Positions 51,242 to 64,000 are shown, counted from the first letter of the stretch. The stretch is DNA of 64,000 bases from Azolla caroliniana (GCA_043228905.1 JBHGNT010000002.1:21886001-21950000), one strand, 5' to 3'. The notes: a model not told the origin generated them from the sequence alone. Numbers and translations are program-made.

Positions 51242-52271
51242 ACGACTGGGTGCTGGTCTATGACATCAACCTCGACAATCATCACCGGTCGACCCGGAAA
51301 TTCACACGATTGTGGTGACGAGCACAAACAACAATGCCACATACCACCTGGCAGAGCTCGATGGGACGAGGATCACGGTTCTAATCGCAGGTAAATGGAT
51401 GAAGGCCTTTAAGAAACGGCACAAAGCGAAACTGAATTCGGAGACCGGAGACGGAACCACCGAGGAGTCGGATGAAAACCTGACCAACGACGGATCGGGA
51501 GAAGACGAGTAAAGGCTGAGCCGGAATCCCCACCGCTACACTACTTGGCACATGCTAGAGGATGTGCGGTTTGGTGGGGGTGGATGTCGTGAAGGATTCC
51601 GGCTACGAGGAGAAAAGGGGCCGGATGTGTGTGAACGGGGGTGTGCAAGGATTGCACACGGAAATGTACAAAAACATGTATATAACATAGGACTAGTAAG
51701 TACTAGGTAGCAGGTTTTAATGGGTACGGGGATTTGATGTGAAGAAATCGGGGGGATCTTTGACACTGATCACGATGTAACGGTCTCCCCTTGTGCTATA
51801 AAAGGGGAGGCTTGAGCTTGTTTTGGGCATCCACGATTTGGGAGGACGAAGTGCTGTCGGTTTGAGTGCCAAGCTCTCTCTCTCTCCCTCTCTGTTTGTG
51901 TTCCGTGCTGATCCGGGGAAGAAGTTGAAGCCTATGCTCGTGTAGGAAGCTCGTGAACTCCCAACTAGAGGTTCATCGTTCTGTGTGTGTTTGGGGTGGT
52001 CGTAGTCTGAAGCACTGTTGCCGGCCATGTTTGGTTGTATCCTTTCGTTCTCTATTAAACATTAGAGTTTTGCTGTGTCTCTTCTTGTGTTTGGGTACTC
52101 CCGTGTGGTTCCTACTTGCTGCGGTTTGTTGCGCTCGGAGATCGTGTTCTTATTCCCTATATGTTCATGTTGTGTGCAAGTCTGAGCCCGTGAGGTCATC
52201 GCCGTTGTCTGGAATTCTGACCGGAACGTTTCAAAAAGTAAATACATCGAATATTCGTACTAAACAATATA

Positions 52272-54210
52272 TTATACCCTTCTATCCTTTGCATCTTTCC
52301 AAATTTCGTGTACACGATCCCATTGTATTTCTTCAATGTGTGGCCCATTCAATGAGACTCACATTAAATAATCTAAATGCTCTATATTCAATCGATTTCT
52401 TTTCATCTCTTTGATGAGATTTTGCTTAGAGAACCCTCTCTCACACGAAACTATGCTAGACGGAATAACCAAAGTAGCTTGCCATAATTTCAACAAATGA
52501 GGGAAACTATCTTGCCAATCCTTCATTTTGCAAAACATACGCTAAGCTTCATGCATACTATAGCCTTCACAATTTAAACGTAAAGTGTCAACAAACCTAT
52601 ACAGTTCCATTTCACAAGCCTTTGCATCATGTAAAATTTGAAGACATGCATTGACATCAACATTTGGCTGTAAGTGAGAAATCAAAATTCCCAAAAACCC
52701 AACTTTAGAACATCTTAAGAACTTGGATAAATACATTGTTCCATCCGCAAATGTGTCATTTCTCAAGAAAGACCTCCGCAAATTAGAAATAGTAATATAA
52801 ATTTCTGCACCAATTGAAGTTACATCCAAATTCTCTTTTTGAAGTTTCAAGCTCAAAATATTCATCAAATGAAACACATCAACCATCATACAAAAGCAAA
52901 ATTGCACACTATAGATACAAGCTTTATTATACCACTCGTTTAAGTTCTCTTTCTTCCAAATAGTAAGTATTGCAGGCATTATAGTCACTAGTATTTCCAT
53001 GACTTGACCACGTGACAACCAATGAATATTATGAATTTGTAAGGGTCTATGAGCATCCAATTGCATTTGTTCCAAGCGCTCTAAAATTTCATGTGTCCTT
53101 TTGGTACTATTGTTAGCCCATGCATATACCTTATTTGCAATTTTTTCTACAAGAATGAGCTCAGGGATATCTCTAGATACATCTGAAATAACCAATGCTT
53201 CTCTATGAGCAATACAATGTACACCAACCAAATTTGGGACATCATTTTTCATTAATGTTACTGTTCCAATTTCACTACCAATCGTTGATGACGCACCATC
53301 AGTTGCTAATCCAATCAACTTGTTCATGCTGAGGCATCGATCGCCTAATAGATGCTTAACATGTTCATATATAGTTCTACCTTTACCATTGGGAATTTTT
53401 AGCAAACCCATATATTTAGTTTGCTTAGGCCCACAACCACCACATTGCAAGTATGTAACATACACAATGAGTTTGCAACTCTAACCCATTGACAATACTT
53501 TTATCTAGCATCAAAGAGTAGTATGGGGAATTTATTAGGTTTGAGCTTTGAATTTCTAGAAGATATTTCCCAAAGGCAACCAAAAATTCATATCCTCCAT
53601 ATCTACTAGTATAAGATATATAACCATGTTGCTTAGGCATATTAGGCACCTCTAGTAGCACAACCAAATCACATAATTCTTGGTATGTAGCGATAGACAA
53701 ATCTTTTTTTGCAATAAAGTACATGAGTTTCATTGTTGTTATGACCTTATTTTTGTTAATATCATCCAATTGTGATACATGCTTTGGGATGGACATTGCT
53801 TTCCCTTCAACATCACATATCCACTTTGATGCACATAATTTATGGCCACTTGAGTTAATATGGGTCAAAATTGCATCAAGTTGCAAAGTAATGCATCTAG
53901 AACCAACACCCCAAGGCCCAGGACTAGCGTATTTCTCACACCATGTACATTTCATTAATGTTTTCTCTCCTTGCATAATGCATCGTATCCATGGGAATTT
54001 ATCTCTCCATGCATCACAAAATTTTCTTTTAGGCTTTTCTTTGGTTATTTTAGAGGAACAACTCTCTTGAGTTAAACTCTCTAAATCAGTCCCAAACAAA
54101 TCCATATCCACATTTAAATCATTGTTTATATTTATGTCATTTGTATCATTCAGTGGTTTCCATGCAAACATTGCACTAATGGTTCATTGATTTTTTCTTT
54201 TGGGAGCCAT
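52272..54210 (-). pseudogene. hAT transposase (ZNF862/DUF4371-like with C-terminal dimerisation domain), disrupted
   Basis: Motifs RKFCDAWRDKFPW...CTWC (zinc finger), SLMLDKS, GLATDGAS, VHCIAHREAL, SCERGFSKQN and EIWKDAKDRRV*. It has a frameshift near 53460 and internal stops. Confidence 0.88.
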
Positions 54211-55028
54211 AATTATGCCGAATAAGAAGAAATGGATCATGTAAGAAAAGATCATGCCATCAGTTCAAAACAATCACTAGCATCATTAAACCCATACATA
54301 TTAGTTATGACCGATTGAGCAATGAGATTTTACATGAATATAATTCTCTTTGGCAAAAAGATCATACTTTGTTGATTATACCTTAAAGCGAAAAGGATAA
54401 TCTCTAAGATATGAGTAATGACATACAACTCCAAGCATCCAAAACTTAGTCATATGTCCATATTAGCATGTTAATATCACAACTCCACAAACAAGGGTCA
54501 TATAGACTTTGTATGAAATATGAGAGATTATTTAAGGTTAAGAGATTGACATCTATGAGCCTTTCGAATTGCAACACACTCTAGTGTGTGCTATCTACTA
54601 CACAACAACCAAGAAGAAATTCCCAAACTTCTGCCCTTATTGATGGATCCACACCCTGAGTAATAAGATTCGAATCTCATATAGAATAATGTGGGTTAAT
54701 CCTTTGTTATAGGCTTTATACTTTAACAACTTTTTAATTCTTTCACGAGTTGTCTAAGCAATACACCCCAAATGATCATTGTATCATGAAAGAATAGGAT
54801 CATTAGCTCATTTTAGCTAAAAATCCTTAGAAGCCAAATTTTGGATGCTATGAGTTTACTACATCCCAAACGCAATAAACCTAAAATACCCCATCTCCTA
54901 TGAATGATAAAGAATGAATTCTATTCTATTGTCTCTAGTTCCAGAATTCATGTTATTCGCCACTGAAGAAAGATAGAAGACCATCAACATCGTTGCCATG
55001 ATCATCTTCTTCATGATCATGATCTTCT

Positions 55029-55900
55029 TCTCGAGATCAAATCTTGTTTCACCATCAGAAAGAGATCAAAGAACTTCAAAACCGAGAAATAGCTCTAAAA
55101 AAAGCAGTAGCAAAAGGGAGCAAAGCCGAACAAAAGGCAAAGAAAAGACAGGTGGAAGAAGATATTTTGAAGCAAGAGACAAAGATGCGTGAGAGGCATG
55201 TGAAGGAGTTGTCAGAATTAGGAGCCAATAAAGAGGAGAGCAATACCGATGTTGATGGACTAGTAAAAGAATTTGGTGGTATTCCTACTTCATTTGGAAC
55301 TCAACCACTAAAACCAATGAAAGCCTAGAAAAGGCGTGACAAGAGAGCAAACCAAGAAGTTGAAAGAGAACAAAGAATTCAAGAAGAGCAAAACAATGTG
55401 GTGAGTGATCGGATGGCGGAAAACGAATTGCTTGAAGGAAAGATACGACCACTTGGGTTAGCACTGAAGGAGATGAAGCCGGATGGGCATTGCTTGTATA
55501 GAGCATTAGAGGATCAACTAGCACTCTACCCAGATACTTCTTCTATACAGTTCTCATTCCAAAAATTGAGAGAGATAGCAACATCTTATACGTGGAGTCA
55601 TGCCAAAGATTCTGCTCCATTTGTTGTGGTAGGGGATACTGATGAAAATGATGTTAATGAGAACGAAGAAGATATTGTCATCAAGTTGAGTCAATGGCAT
55701 CATGGGGAGGACATCTAGAATTGGATGCTCTTGCACACTCTTTACAAAAGCATATAATTGTGTACTCAAGCAACCTTCCTGAGGTTGAAATGGGTAAACA
55801 ATATGGCAAAAATATGAATTCTACCCTCTGGCTCTCATATCATCGTCATGCTTTCGGTCTTGGAGAACACTATAATTCAATTGTTCCTTTATTGCTAGAC
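55029..55900 (+). pseudogene. Intronless pseudogene of an OTU-domain deubiquitinase (plant OTU5 / OTUD6B-like)
   Basis: HQKEIKELQNREIALKKAVAKGSKAEQKAKKRQVEE, catalytic PDGHCLYRA, WGGHLEL and [11 protein letters not shown]. It has a premature TAG near 55326, a frameshift or deletion near 55690, and an A-rich run at 55990-56004. Confidence 0.9.
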
Positions 55901-56195
55901 AACTCAAGAGTAAAAAGACATTTGATAGTAGCTTTAGATGAGAATGAAATTGTGGAAACCATATGTTTTCACAGCTATTTAACTCATTTAAAAAAAAAGA
56001 AAACTCAAACCATTGCATATTCCATTAGTTTGTAAAAGTGAAAGAGATGCTATATCTTATGGTATAGCAAGCAAACTGTATTGTTTGTCAAAATACCAAA
56101 AAGAAGAGAGGCCATTTGTAACATGGTGAACTAATTCATTGCTTAGGAAGCCTTTGCCACTACTCCATTCAATATTATATGCAAAAGCTTTTTCA

Positions 56196-56231
<36 letters not shown>

Positions 56232-56736
56232 ACCTTAGATGGGTGAGTAGGATAATCGAGATGTTGCTGAATCTATGAGTAGCAGGCAACGAGCAACAAG
56301 CTTCGAGTAGGGATAGTGGGTAGCGAGCTTCCAACAAGGTGGAGGGCTGAGGGAGCAATGAACAAACAAGGGGAAAAGGGGGAAAAAGGGGGGAAAAGGG
56401 AAAGGAAGGTCTTAGGTGGGGATTCGGGAAGAGGAGATTCATAATTTAGAGAAACATTAGTTTTTTTACCTTTTTTATACCTTTTTAGAGAAACATTAGT
56501 TCCAATGCAACCGGAACGTTAACATTGTTCCTGGGTCTATAATACTATTGTATTGGTCTTAGCAAAATTTGATGGTATTAGGAAATTTTAAGCCTTCATT
56601 TTTACGTTTTCATAAAACATATGCTCGTCAAGATTGACGGTTTCATTTTTAAATTAACCTTTGAATATACGGTTAAATTTGCCAAAAATGGTCAAAACGG
56701 CCGTCAAAAGGCAACAATGAGTAGAGGGCATGGTGG

Positions 56737-57292
56737 TGTGTGTGAAAATGAGACGAGAGGGAGTTAAGGCCCCATCAATCTCTCCTCCTAGTATGATCAA
56801 GGCAAATATTCCCCTTTGAAAATAGTGGAATATTTGGCCTCTCCTTTTGTAATTTGAGCCTCACCCCTTTTTACTATAAAAGGGGGTGAGGGGTCACCAT
56901 TGACGGGGCCGTCATTTTGTCGTTTGAGGTAGATCGTTAGGGTTTTAGTTATTCTTCTCCCATTTTGTTTTAGGGTTTTGGTTTTTCTTCTTCTTCTTCT
57001 TCTTCTTCTTCTTCCTGCTCTTCCTATTTGGTTAGGGTTTCTTTAGTTGTGCTTGAGTCTGGCTTATATGACCGCGGTTGTAATCGTATTGTGCCTTTCG
57101 TGCCCTATAATGGAATTAGCTTGATGAACTTGGTCTCCATCTATTTCTCTACTGGGTTAATCTCTTCTTCTTTCCCCTACCCTTTTGAGCTCGAAGGCCG
57201 TAAGGGATAAGCTCTAATTTCCCCTCTACTCCCTAGTCCAAGACCCCAGTGGTCCCGCCCAAGACGACACATACCTGCGGATATCCGCGACA
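56737..57292 (+). mobile_element. Gypsy-type LTR abutting the truncated 5' LTR of the next Copia
   Basis: TG start after a purine-rich tract, TATAAAAGGGG at 56875, and an end GCGGATATCCGCGACA similar to the Gypsy LTR end at 40523. Confidence 0.65.
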
Positions 57293-60200
57293 TCGTTGTA
57301 CTCCTCTCCTTATAGTGATTCATTCGGAGTTCGAGGACTCCTGTGGTTTTCCCCTTTCGGGTTTTCTATGTTAAATATTTGTGTCTCTTTCTGAGTTTCT
57401 CGTTTTCTGTTCTTTTCTGTCTATGCATTGTCATTGTTGATTCTTTGCACCCGAACATACGTACTAGAAACCGGTTCTGGCCGGTAACGATCCTAACAAG
57501 TGGTATTAGAGCAATGGAAGACTCATTCAGCGGCATGTTCAAACTTACTGGCTCCAACTATTCGATGTGGAAATTGAAGATGCGGCACATGCTCGTGTGC
57601 AAAGACCTCTGGTTGTCGGTGCAGTTTGGAGATAAACGGCCAGACAAGATCGATGTAGCGACTTGGGAAGTGTTGCATCGGAAGGCGGCCGCATATATAA
57701 GGTGTTTTATAGACATCAGTCTGTACAACAACTTCGGTGAAGAAATAGATGTGGAAGAAGATCGGCATCATGTTCGAAAACAAAAACGTCGTTAAGAAAG
57801 TATCAGTCTTCTGGAAGATTGTGAGACTGAGGTACCAGGATGGTTCCAGAATGGTGGAGCACATTAATGCCTTCCAAGGAGTGATGAATCAAACCACCTC
57901 TCTACAAGTACCTCTTGTCGACGAGGTATTAACACTATTGTTGCTAGGATCCCTTCCGGACAGTTGGGAAATGCTCGTTGTCACATTGGGCAACGCCGGA
58001 CCGGAAGGGAAGCATCTATCCCTAGAGCAGGTGAAGTCAAGCTTACTAAATCAGGAAGCTCGCTGGAAGGACCAAGAGTCCATTTCTGACCCAAAGGTCT
58101 TACTCATAGAAACTGACACGAATCGAGGAAGAGGCTGGAATCAAAGTCCCTAGAATTGAGATAAGTCGGGGACAAGGTCAAAGTCGAGGGGAAGGCCCTG
58201 CTTCTATTGTGGGAAGTCGGGGCACTTCCAAAAGAACTGCCAACACTTTCAAAAGGAGAAAGGGGAGCTGATGGTGTAGAGACGAAGAAAATTCCGGACA
58301 GAAAGAACACCTCAACAATCGCCGCAAGTGAAGAGGAGTTGTTGTTCATTAATGAATAGAATGAAGTCAACCTCGCCGGCGAAGAATAGAGATGGGTGGA
58401 CGACTCGGGTGCATCGTTTTACCTAACCCCTGATCGAAAGTGCTTCTCATCATACAAGGCTGAAGACCACGGTCTTATAAAGATGGGAAATGAAGGAGCA
58501 TGCCGAATTGTCAGGATTGGAGATGTGCATCTGGTAACGTCGACTGGATGTTGACTAGTGTTGAAAGATATTCGACACGTTCCGGAAGTAAGATTGAATT
58601 TGATATCAGTCGGTCGGTTGAAAGATGAAGGCTACAAAGGTAGCATTCGGATTGATGTCATGAAGTTTTACAAGGGGAGCCTGATCATGGGTCGATCCTG
58701 AAAGACCAACGCACTATATATAATGAATGCTTGATTATACCGAGGGGAAGTAAACATGGTAGCCGACACAACCGGTGAGATGTGGCATAAGAGGTTGTGC
58801 CACATGAGCTAGAAGGGAATGCAAATACTAGGTGCGAAAGACCTCCTGCCAGAGATGAAGAAAGTGCATCTGGACAAGTGTGCTGATTGCCTGGCCGGCA
58901 AACAAAATTGAACCTCCTTCCGATTGAGGCCCCCGATGAGGAAGAAATTGCCACTGGAACTCGTGCATACAAAGTCGCATGCTGGTTCACAGTATTTCGT
59001 GACCTTCATATATGACTGTAGTCGGAAGTCGTGGGCTTCTATGCTAAAGACGAAGGATCAAGTGCTATCCTTCTTCAAAGAGTTCCAAGCGAGGGTTGAG
59101 AGGGAAATCGGCCGAAAGTTGAAGGCAGTCAGAGGGGACAATGGCGGAGAGTACCGTGGACCGTTCGAAGAATATTGCCAAGCGTAGGGAATCCAGCCCG
59201 AGTTTACCGTGCCGAAGACGCTAGAGCTTAACGGGATGGTCAAGAGAATGAATCAGAGCCTAATGGAGAGGGTCCGAAGTATGCTTGCACATGTGAAGTT
59301 ACCGAAGACGTTCTGAGATGAGGCGCTGATGACAACAACGGATGTGATAAACCGATCACCCTCAGTCCCTTGGATGGTAATATTCCACAAAGGGTGTGGA
59401 GTGGCAAAGACGTCTTGTACCGACATCTAAGGATGTTCGACTGTCTTGCCTATGTGCATGTTGCAAAGGACCAGGGGGGGAAGCTGGACCCGAAATCTCA
59501 GCCATGTATATTTCTCAACTGTGGCGACGACGAATTCGGCTATTGGCTATGGGAATTAGCCGAGAAGAAGGTGATCCGGAGCTGAGACATCATCTTCATG
59601 GAAGAGAAGACGATTGTCGATTGAGAGATTGAGAATAAGTCTCCGACTACTGAATTGAGTAGAGTTGACGGTTGGCCAAATTAAGTAGAAGTCGATTTGA
59701 TCCAAATCGAATTCAAGCCAGTCGACCGATTTAATACTTGGCAAAATCGAGAACTGACTGAAGAACAAGGGGAATCAGCCGAACAAGGAACCTAATTCGA
59801 CTCGGCCGAAGAAATCGAAGAAGAACCGATTGTGCCAAATGGAGTTAGGCGATATCCCCTAAGAGAAAGAAGGCCCCACCGAAGATTTCTGGATGAAGAC
59901 CGTGTACTGCTAATCGATGAGGGGGAGCTGGAAAGCTTCAAAGAAGCTAAGAACAATACCCACAGTCGAAAGTGGTTAAGTGCCATGCAAGACGAGATGG
60001 ATTCCTTGCATGAGAACAACACGTATGAACTGGGCGAGTTGTTAAAAGGAAAGAAGACACTACACAACAAGTGGGTATACAAATTGAAGATGGGAGAAAG
60101 CGGAAATTCATTCAAGTATAAAGCCCGAATCATTGTGAGAGGCTTTTAGCAGAAGAAGGGTGTCGATTTCGACGAAATGTTTGCTCCGGTAGTAAAGATG

Positions 60201-61021
60201 ACATCCATCCGAACGATGTTGAGCATAGCAGCCAACATGCATCTCGAAGTCAAAACAAATGGATGTCAAAGAGGAGATATACATGCAAGAGCCGGAAGGA
60301 TTCAAAGGAAAACGTAAAGAAAACCTGGTATGTTGATTGAGAAAGAGCATGTACACGGGACGGGCTGAAGCAGGCACATCAGCAATGGTACCGAAAGTTC
60401 GAATTTTTCATGGTGGATTACCGTTTCGGCAAGACACAAGATGATCATTGCGTCTTTGTCAAGAAGTATGACGGAGGAGATTTCTCATCCTCCGGTTGTA
60501 TGCTGATGACATGTTGATAATCAGACAAGACCCGAGGAAAATCGGAAGTTTGAAGAAGGCCTTGAGTAGGTCGTTCTGGATGAAAGATATGGGTCCAACG
60601 AAACAAATCCTGGGATTGCACATTATTCGGGATTGAACAAAGAAATTGTTATGGTTGTCACAGGAGAAATATGTGACAAAGTGCTCCAGAGATTCTGCAT
60701 TGAAAGCGCGAAACCGATCAGCTCGACACTGTTGACAAACTACAAACTAAGTAAAGATCAATGTCTGAAATCGAAAACCGCGAAGGCCGAGATGTCAAAA
60801 GTACCTTATGGCTCGACAGTTGGAAGCCTAATGTATGCAATGGTTTGCACTAGGCCAACCATTGGTTATGTAGTCGGAGTCGTAAGTCGATATATGAGCA
60901 AACCCGAAAGAGAGCATTGGGCAACAATCAAGTTGATACTTCAGTATCTAAGAGGCACCTCTAGCGCGTGTCTCCTATTTGGCTTGAGTAACCCCACATT
61001 GGAAGGTTATATAATATACGG

Positions 61022-61860
61022 TGTCATGAAGAATTTTGGCCACAGTGAGAAAACCGGATGGAATGGGCAAAGTCGGCAATGTGCACCGTGTGCACATGTA
61101 CATTCGAAAATGTGCATAAAATAAAAAGAGGATATTTATCCCACATTGTAACGCCCTTCCCTCCTTGGGCTATAAAAGGAGAGGAAGGGGCTCTTATGGG
61201 GGGTTGCCCATTTTGAGTTAGGAGGGTATACCACTTAGATCTAGGGTTTGGTAGTTGTCTCTTCTTCTTACTTTCTTTTAGGGTTTTCTTCTTCTTCGTC
61301 GTCATGTGGGTTTTGTTTCTCTTCTGAGTGGAGTCTTGTTAGTTCCTCTATTAGGGTTGTTGCTTCTTCTATGCTAGGGTTTGCTTAGTTCGTGTGCTTT
61401 GGGGCTCCATTTCGCAGTCCCCTCTTTGGTGCAAGACCCCACACATGTAGGCGAGCCCGTGTGCTTCTCGACTGGCGGCTTGGCGGCTGACGACTGTTGT
61501 GTTTTCAGCAGGAATACCATGTCCAGTGCAAGGCCTCCACTCGCATAGGCGAGCCCGTGTGCTCCCCAACTGGAGCTTGCCTGTGGATGAATCCCTTGCC
61601 TGTTTGGAATCGGACGAGCTCGTAACTAGCGTTGTAATTGTTCTTATAATATATATACATACATATAAGAAAGCTTCTGTGTATTTGTGTTGGCGTTGGT
61701 GTCTTTAGTGTCTTTTATCCCACGGGTGCACGTGTTGTGATGTGTGTGTGTGTTGAGTCATTCTATGTCGCGGTGTGTCTCCTCTTTTGGTATGGAGGCT
61801 CATCAATTTATATATAAGAGGGTGCGAAAAGCCGGTGTGTGTGCGCGTGCTCTCCCTCTC
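61022..61860 (+). mobile_element. LTR-like insertion replacing part of the Copia RNase H
   Basis: TGTCATG start and TATAAAAGG at 61171. The Copia frame stops at LEGY (61010) and resumes at EIIWMKEF (~61870), with intervening codons missing. Confidence 0.6.
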
Positions 61861-62631
61861 TTGAAGCCGGAAATCATTTGGATGAAGGAATTTATCGGAG
61901 AGTTGGGAATTCAACAAGAGGAATTCCGACTCCATTGCGATAACCAGAGTGCCACCCACCTTGCAAAAAATGCCGCCTACCACTTGAGGACCAAGCACAT
62001 CTAGAGGATACATTGGCTTTGAGAGCGAGTAGAGGAGAAGGAGTTTGCTCTAGTAAAAGTGCATACAATGGAGAACAGGTCAGACATGCTAACGAAGGTG
62101 TTGTTGGCTGAAAAGCTGAACAAGTGCCGACAGAGGGTCGGATTGGTGAAGTACCCCATGCTGGAGTGAAGGGGGAGTTTGTTGGGAAAACAGGTCCCTC
62201 CGTATGGGAAGAAGAGAACGAACCGAATCGAAGACACATGGGTAATTCGACCAAGGCAGAAATCGAAATCGAGAACCGAAATAAAAAATCAATTCAATAG
62301 CCGATTCGGGAGATTATATTTGTAAATAGTCTAAATGTGCCCCATGTGGGCTATACCTGTAAATATCAAGAAAGTTGTATAAGTATAAATACAACTAGGG
62401 CAAAGTGTATCAAGTGATTTAGTTGTCATATAATTAGAGAAGGTAGTTGCCTCTGCAACGGTGAGTGAGTGAGAGAGAGAGTGAGAGTAGTAACTCTACA
62501 ATTGTCGGTCTGATGAAGGAGAGTTTAAGGTTGTTGCCTTGGAGCTTCTCGTTGTACTCCTCTCCTTATAGTGATTCGTTTGGAGTTCGAGGACTCCCGT
62601 GGTTTTTCCCTTTCGGGTTTTCCACCTTAAA

Positions 62632-63131
62632 TATTGAGAGGAATAGTGCTCGGTCACAACCAAGTCTTACTCACTCAATGGAAGAAAACAGAGAATAGAA
62701 ATAAGATAGACACGAGATGTTAACGTGGAAAACCCTAAGAGGGAAAAACCACGGGAGCCCACAACTCCAACTATCACTATGAGAGGAGGGTACAATGCGA
62801 GACTCAAAGCAACAACCTCGAGCTCTATGTCTTTGCCAACTGGCGGTTACAACAGAAAAGCGTTCTATATCTCACGCTCTCTCTCTCTGTCTATACAAAA
62901 ATATCTCTATACACATCATCATTATAAGTGATTGCCCTAAGTCATATTTATACTTATATAACTTTAGGACTATTTACAAATATGGCCATGATAGGCACAC
63001 TAGGAACATATTTACAGATATGTTCCTGGATCCGGCTCACATTGGATCCATCCGGCTACCTTCCGGATCCGTCTAATCCAGCTCCTCCGGTTCTCATCCG
63101 GATCCCAGCTGGAGGGACCGAATTCCCAACA
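62632..63131 (-). mobile_element. Solo LTR inserted in the Copia 3' LTR
   Basis: Ends CCCAACA on plus (TGTTGGG start on minus) and carries a reverse-complement copy of the CTCCCGTGGTTTTTCCCT...GGGTTTTCCACG motif. Confidence 0.7.
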
Positions 63132-63292
63132 TTCGGAGTTCGAGGACTCCCGTGGTTTTTCCCTTTCGGGTTTTCCACGTTAAATATTTGAGTCTCTTTT
63201 TTGTTCTTTTCTGTCTGTGCACTGTCATTATCGATTCTTTGCACCCAAACATACGTACTAGAAACCGGTTGTGGCCGGTCATGATCCTAACA

Positions 63293-63870
63293 TCTTCATA
63301 TAGCAAGAGAATCACGAAGTCACCTTCATTATACCTTTTGACGAACACATAGTGATCAACTTGTGTTTTATGGAACCCATGTTCCACCATGAAGGATTCA
63401 AACTTCTTATACCATTGGCATGGAGCTTGTTTCAGACCATAGAAGCTTTTCCTTAGTTGACACACCAAATTCTCTTTTCCTTTCTCCACAAAGCCTTCGA
63501 GCTCCTGCATATAGATCTCTTAATCTAATTCCCCATGCAAGAATGTTGTCTTCACATCCAATTGCTCTATCTCCATATTCATACTGGTAGCAATAGCTGG
63601 TACTGTTCGAATGGATGTCATCTTTACGACTGGTGCAAAAATCTCATCAAAATCGACCCCTTTCTTCTGTTGAAACCCCTTTACTATGATTCAGGCCTTG
63701 TATTTGGGTGAGTTGCCATCGTCCCCATTTTACTTCTGTTGTTTCCAGTCCTCGATTGTCTTGTCTTCCAAGAACACAATGTCCCGACTCCTCACCACCT
63801 TCTTGTCAAGTAAGTCCCACAGCCTCTAGCTAAATTCATCCTTTGAAATCCAATAGATACACGATGGAAA
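63293..63870 (-). mobile_element. Ty1/Copia RT/integrase fragment into which the preceding element inserted
   Basis: Minus strand reads QKKGVDFDEIFAPVVKMTSIRTV, QLDVKTTFLHG and YGLKQAPCQWYKKF, and is cut at LLLYED (the YVDD site). Confidence 0.85.
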
Positions 63871-64000
63871 TCATAACCACTTTGTATATTGGTTTGCATG
63901 GGGGAACATTTTGAGGTATAAAGGATTCGTATGTATAAGAGGGAACTTTGTGAGGAAGTTTCTATCTTCACTTTTGACCTTTGGCATCATACAAGATAGA

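Larger units (their letters stand above)
40032..52233 (+). mobile_element. Ty3/Gypsy LTR retrotransposon (host of nested insertions), degenerate
   Basis: 5' LTR remnant ends CCGCGACA at 40523, with a tRNA-Trp-type PBS TGGTGAACCTGACGTGA at 40528. Then gag (RFNGKDATSYL; CMWCDVVGHVRRDC), protease LIDHGSEVN, RT LPQGGTNS/FLDDIPIKG, RNase H, integrase YNPEANGKVE, a PPT, and a 3' LTR at 51585-52233 sharing R/U5 with 40070-40421. Confidence 0.9.
52234..56548 (-). mobile_element. hAT-superfamily DNA transposon remnant; right boundary tentative
   Basis: Transposase remnant, plus a subterminal repeat TTTAGAGAAACATTAGTT (x2) and CCGGAACGTT near 56445-56545. No partner TIR was found. Confidence 0.55.
57293..63292 (+). 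mobile_element. Ty1/Copia element (Tnt1/Tto1-like), degenerate gag-pol with nested LTRs
   Basis: 5' LTR remnant 57293-57498, PBS TGGTATTAGAGC, ATG at 57514. gag, protease DSGAS, integrase DNGGEY, RT YKARIIVRGF/YADDML, RNase H LRTKHI, PPT GAAGGGGGAG and a 3' LTR at 62180-63292. Confidence 0.9.

Noticed and set aside
51776-52233. Separate solo LTR TGTAAC...GTTTCA nested in the Gypsy LTR
   Set aside because: There is no TSD, and TGTAA just upstream of the TATA box also occurs inside other LTRs here (56848, 61147). I treated it as part of one LTR, though this is not certain.

Overview
This is eukaryotic plant nuclear DNA, most likely from a fern (inferred from PPR repeats with long inserted L-type helices and the TE families present). 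Host genes: two exons of a MIC10 (MICOS) gene whose start lies left of the window; an intronless PLS/E-class PPR gene (minus, 13510-16482); and an 11-exon class IV HD-ZIP (HD-START) gene (minus, 19825-23563) whose 3' UTR keeps the paired conserved motif. Also present are a tRNA-Gln(CUG) copy flanked by a 14-bp direct repeat and an OTU deubiquitinase pseudogene. The rest is mostly transposable elements. These include a near full-length RTEX-like LINE with sibling fragments ending in microsatellite tails, L1 remnants, a hAT transposase remnant, and a nested LTR pile (39.7-64 kb). That pile holds a Gypsy host element, a deleted Copia with intact TSD, a truncated Copia, a 1.3-kb inversion across a Copia/Gypsy junction, and several solo LTRs. 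No CRISPR array, rRNA or prokaryotic system was seen. All calls were made by eye without database searches, and TE remnant boundaries are approximate. The best leads are the RTEX-like LINE with possible small-RNA retroposition products, the HD-ZIP IV 3' UTR duplex, the DYW-less LL-motif PPR, and the OTU copy inside the hAT element.
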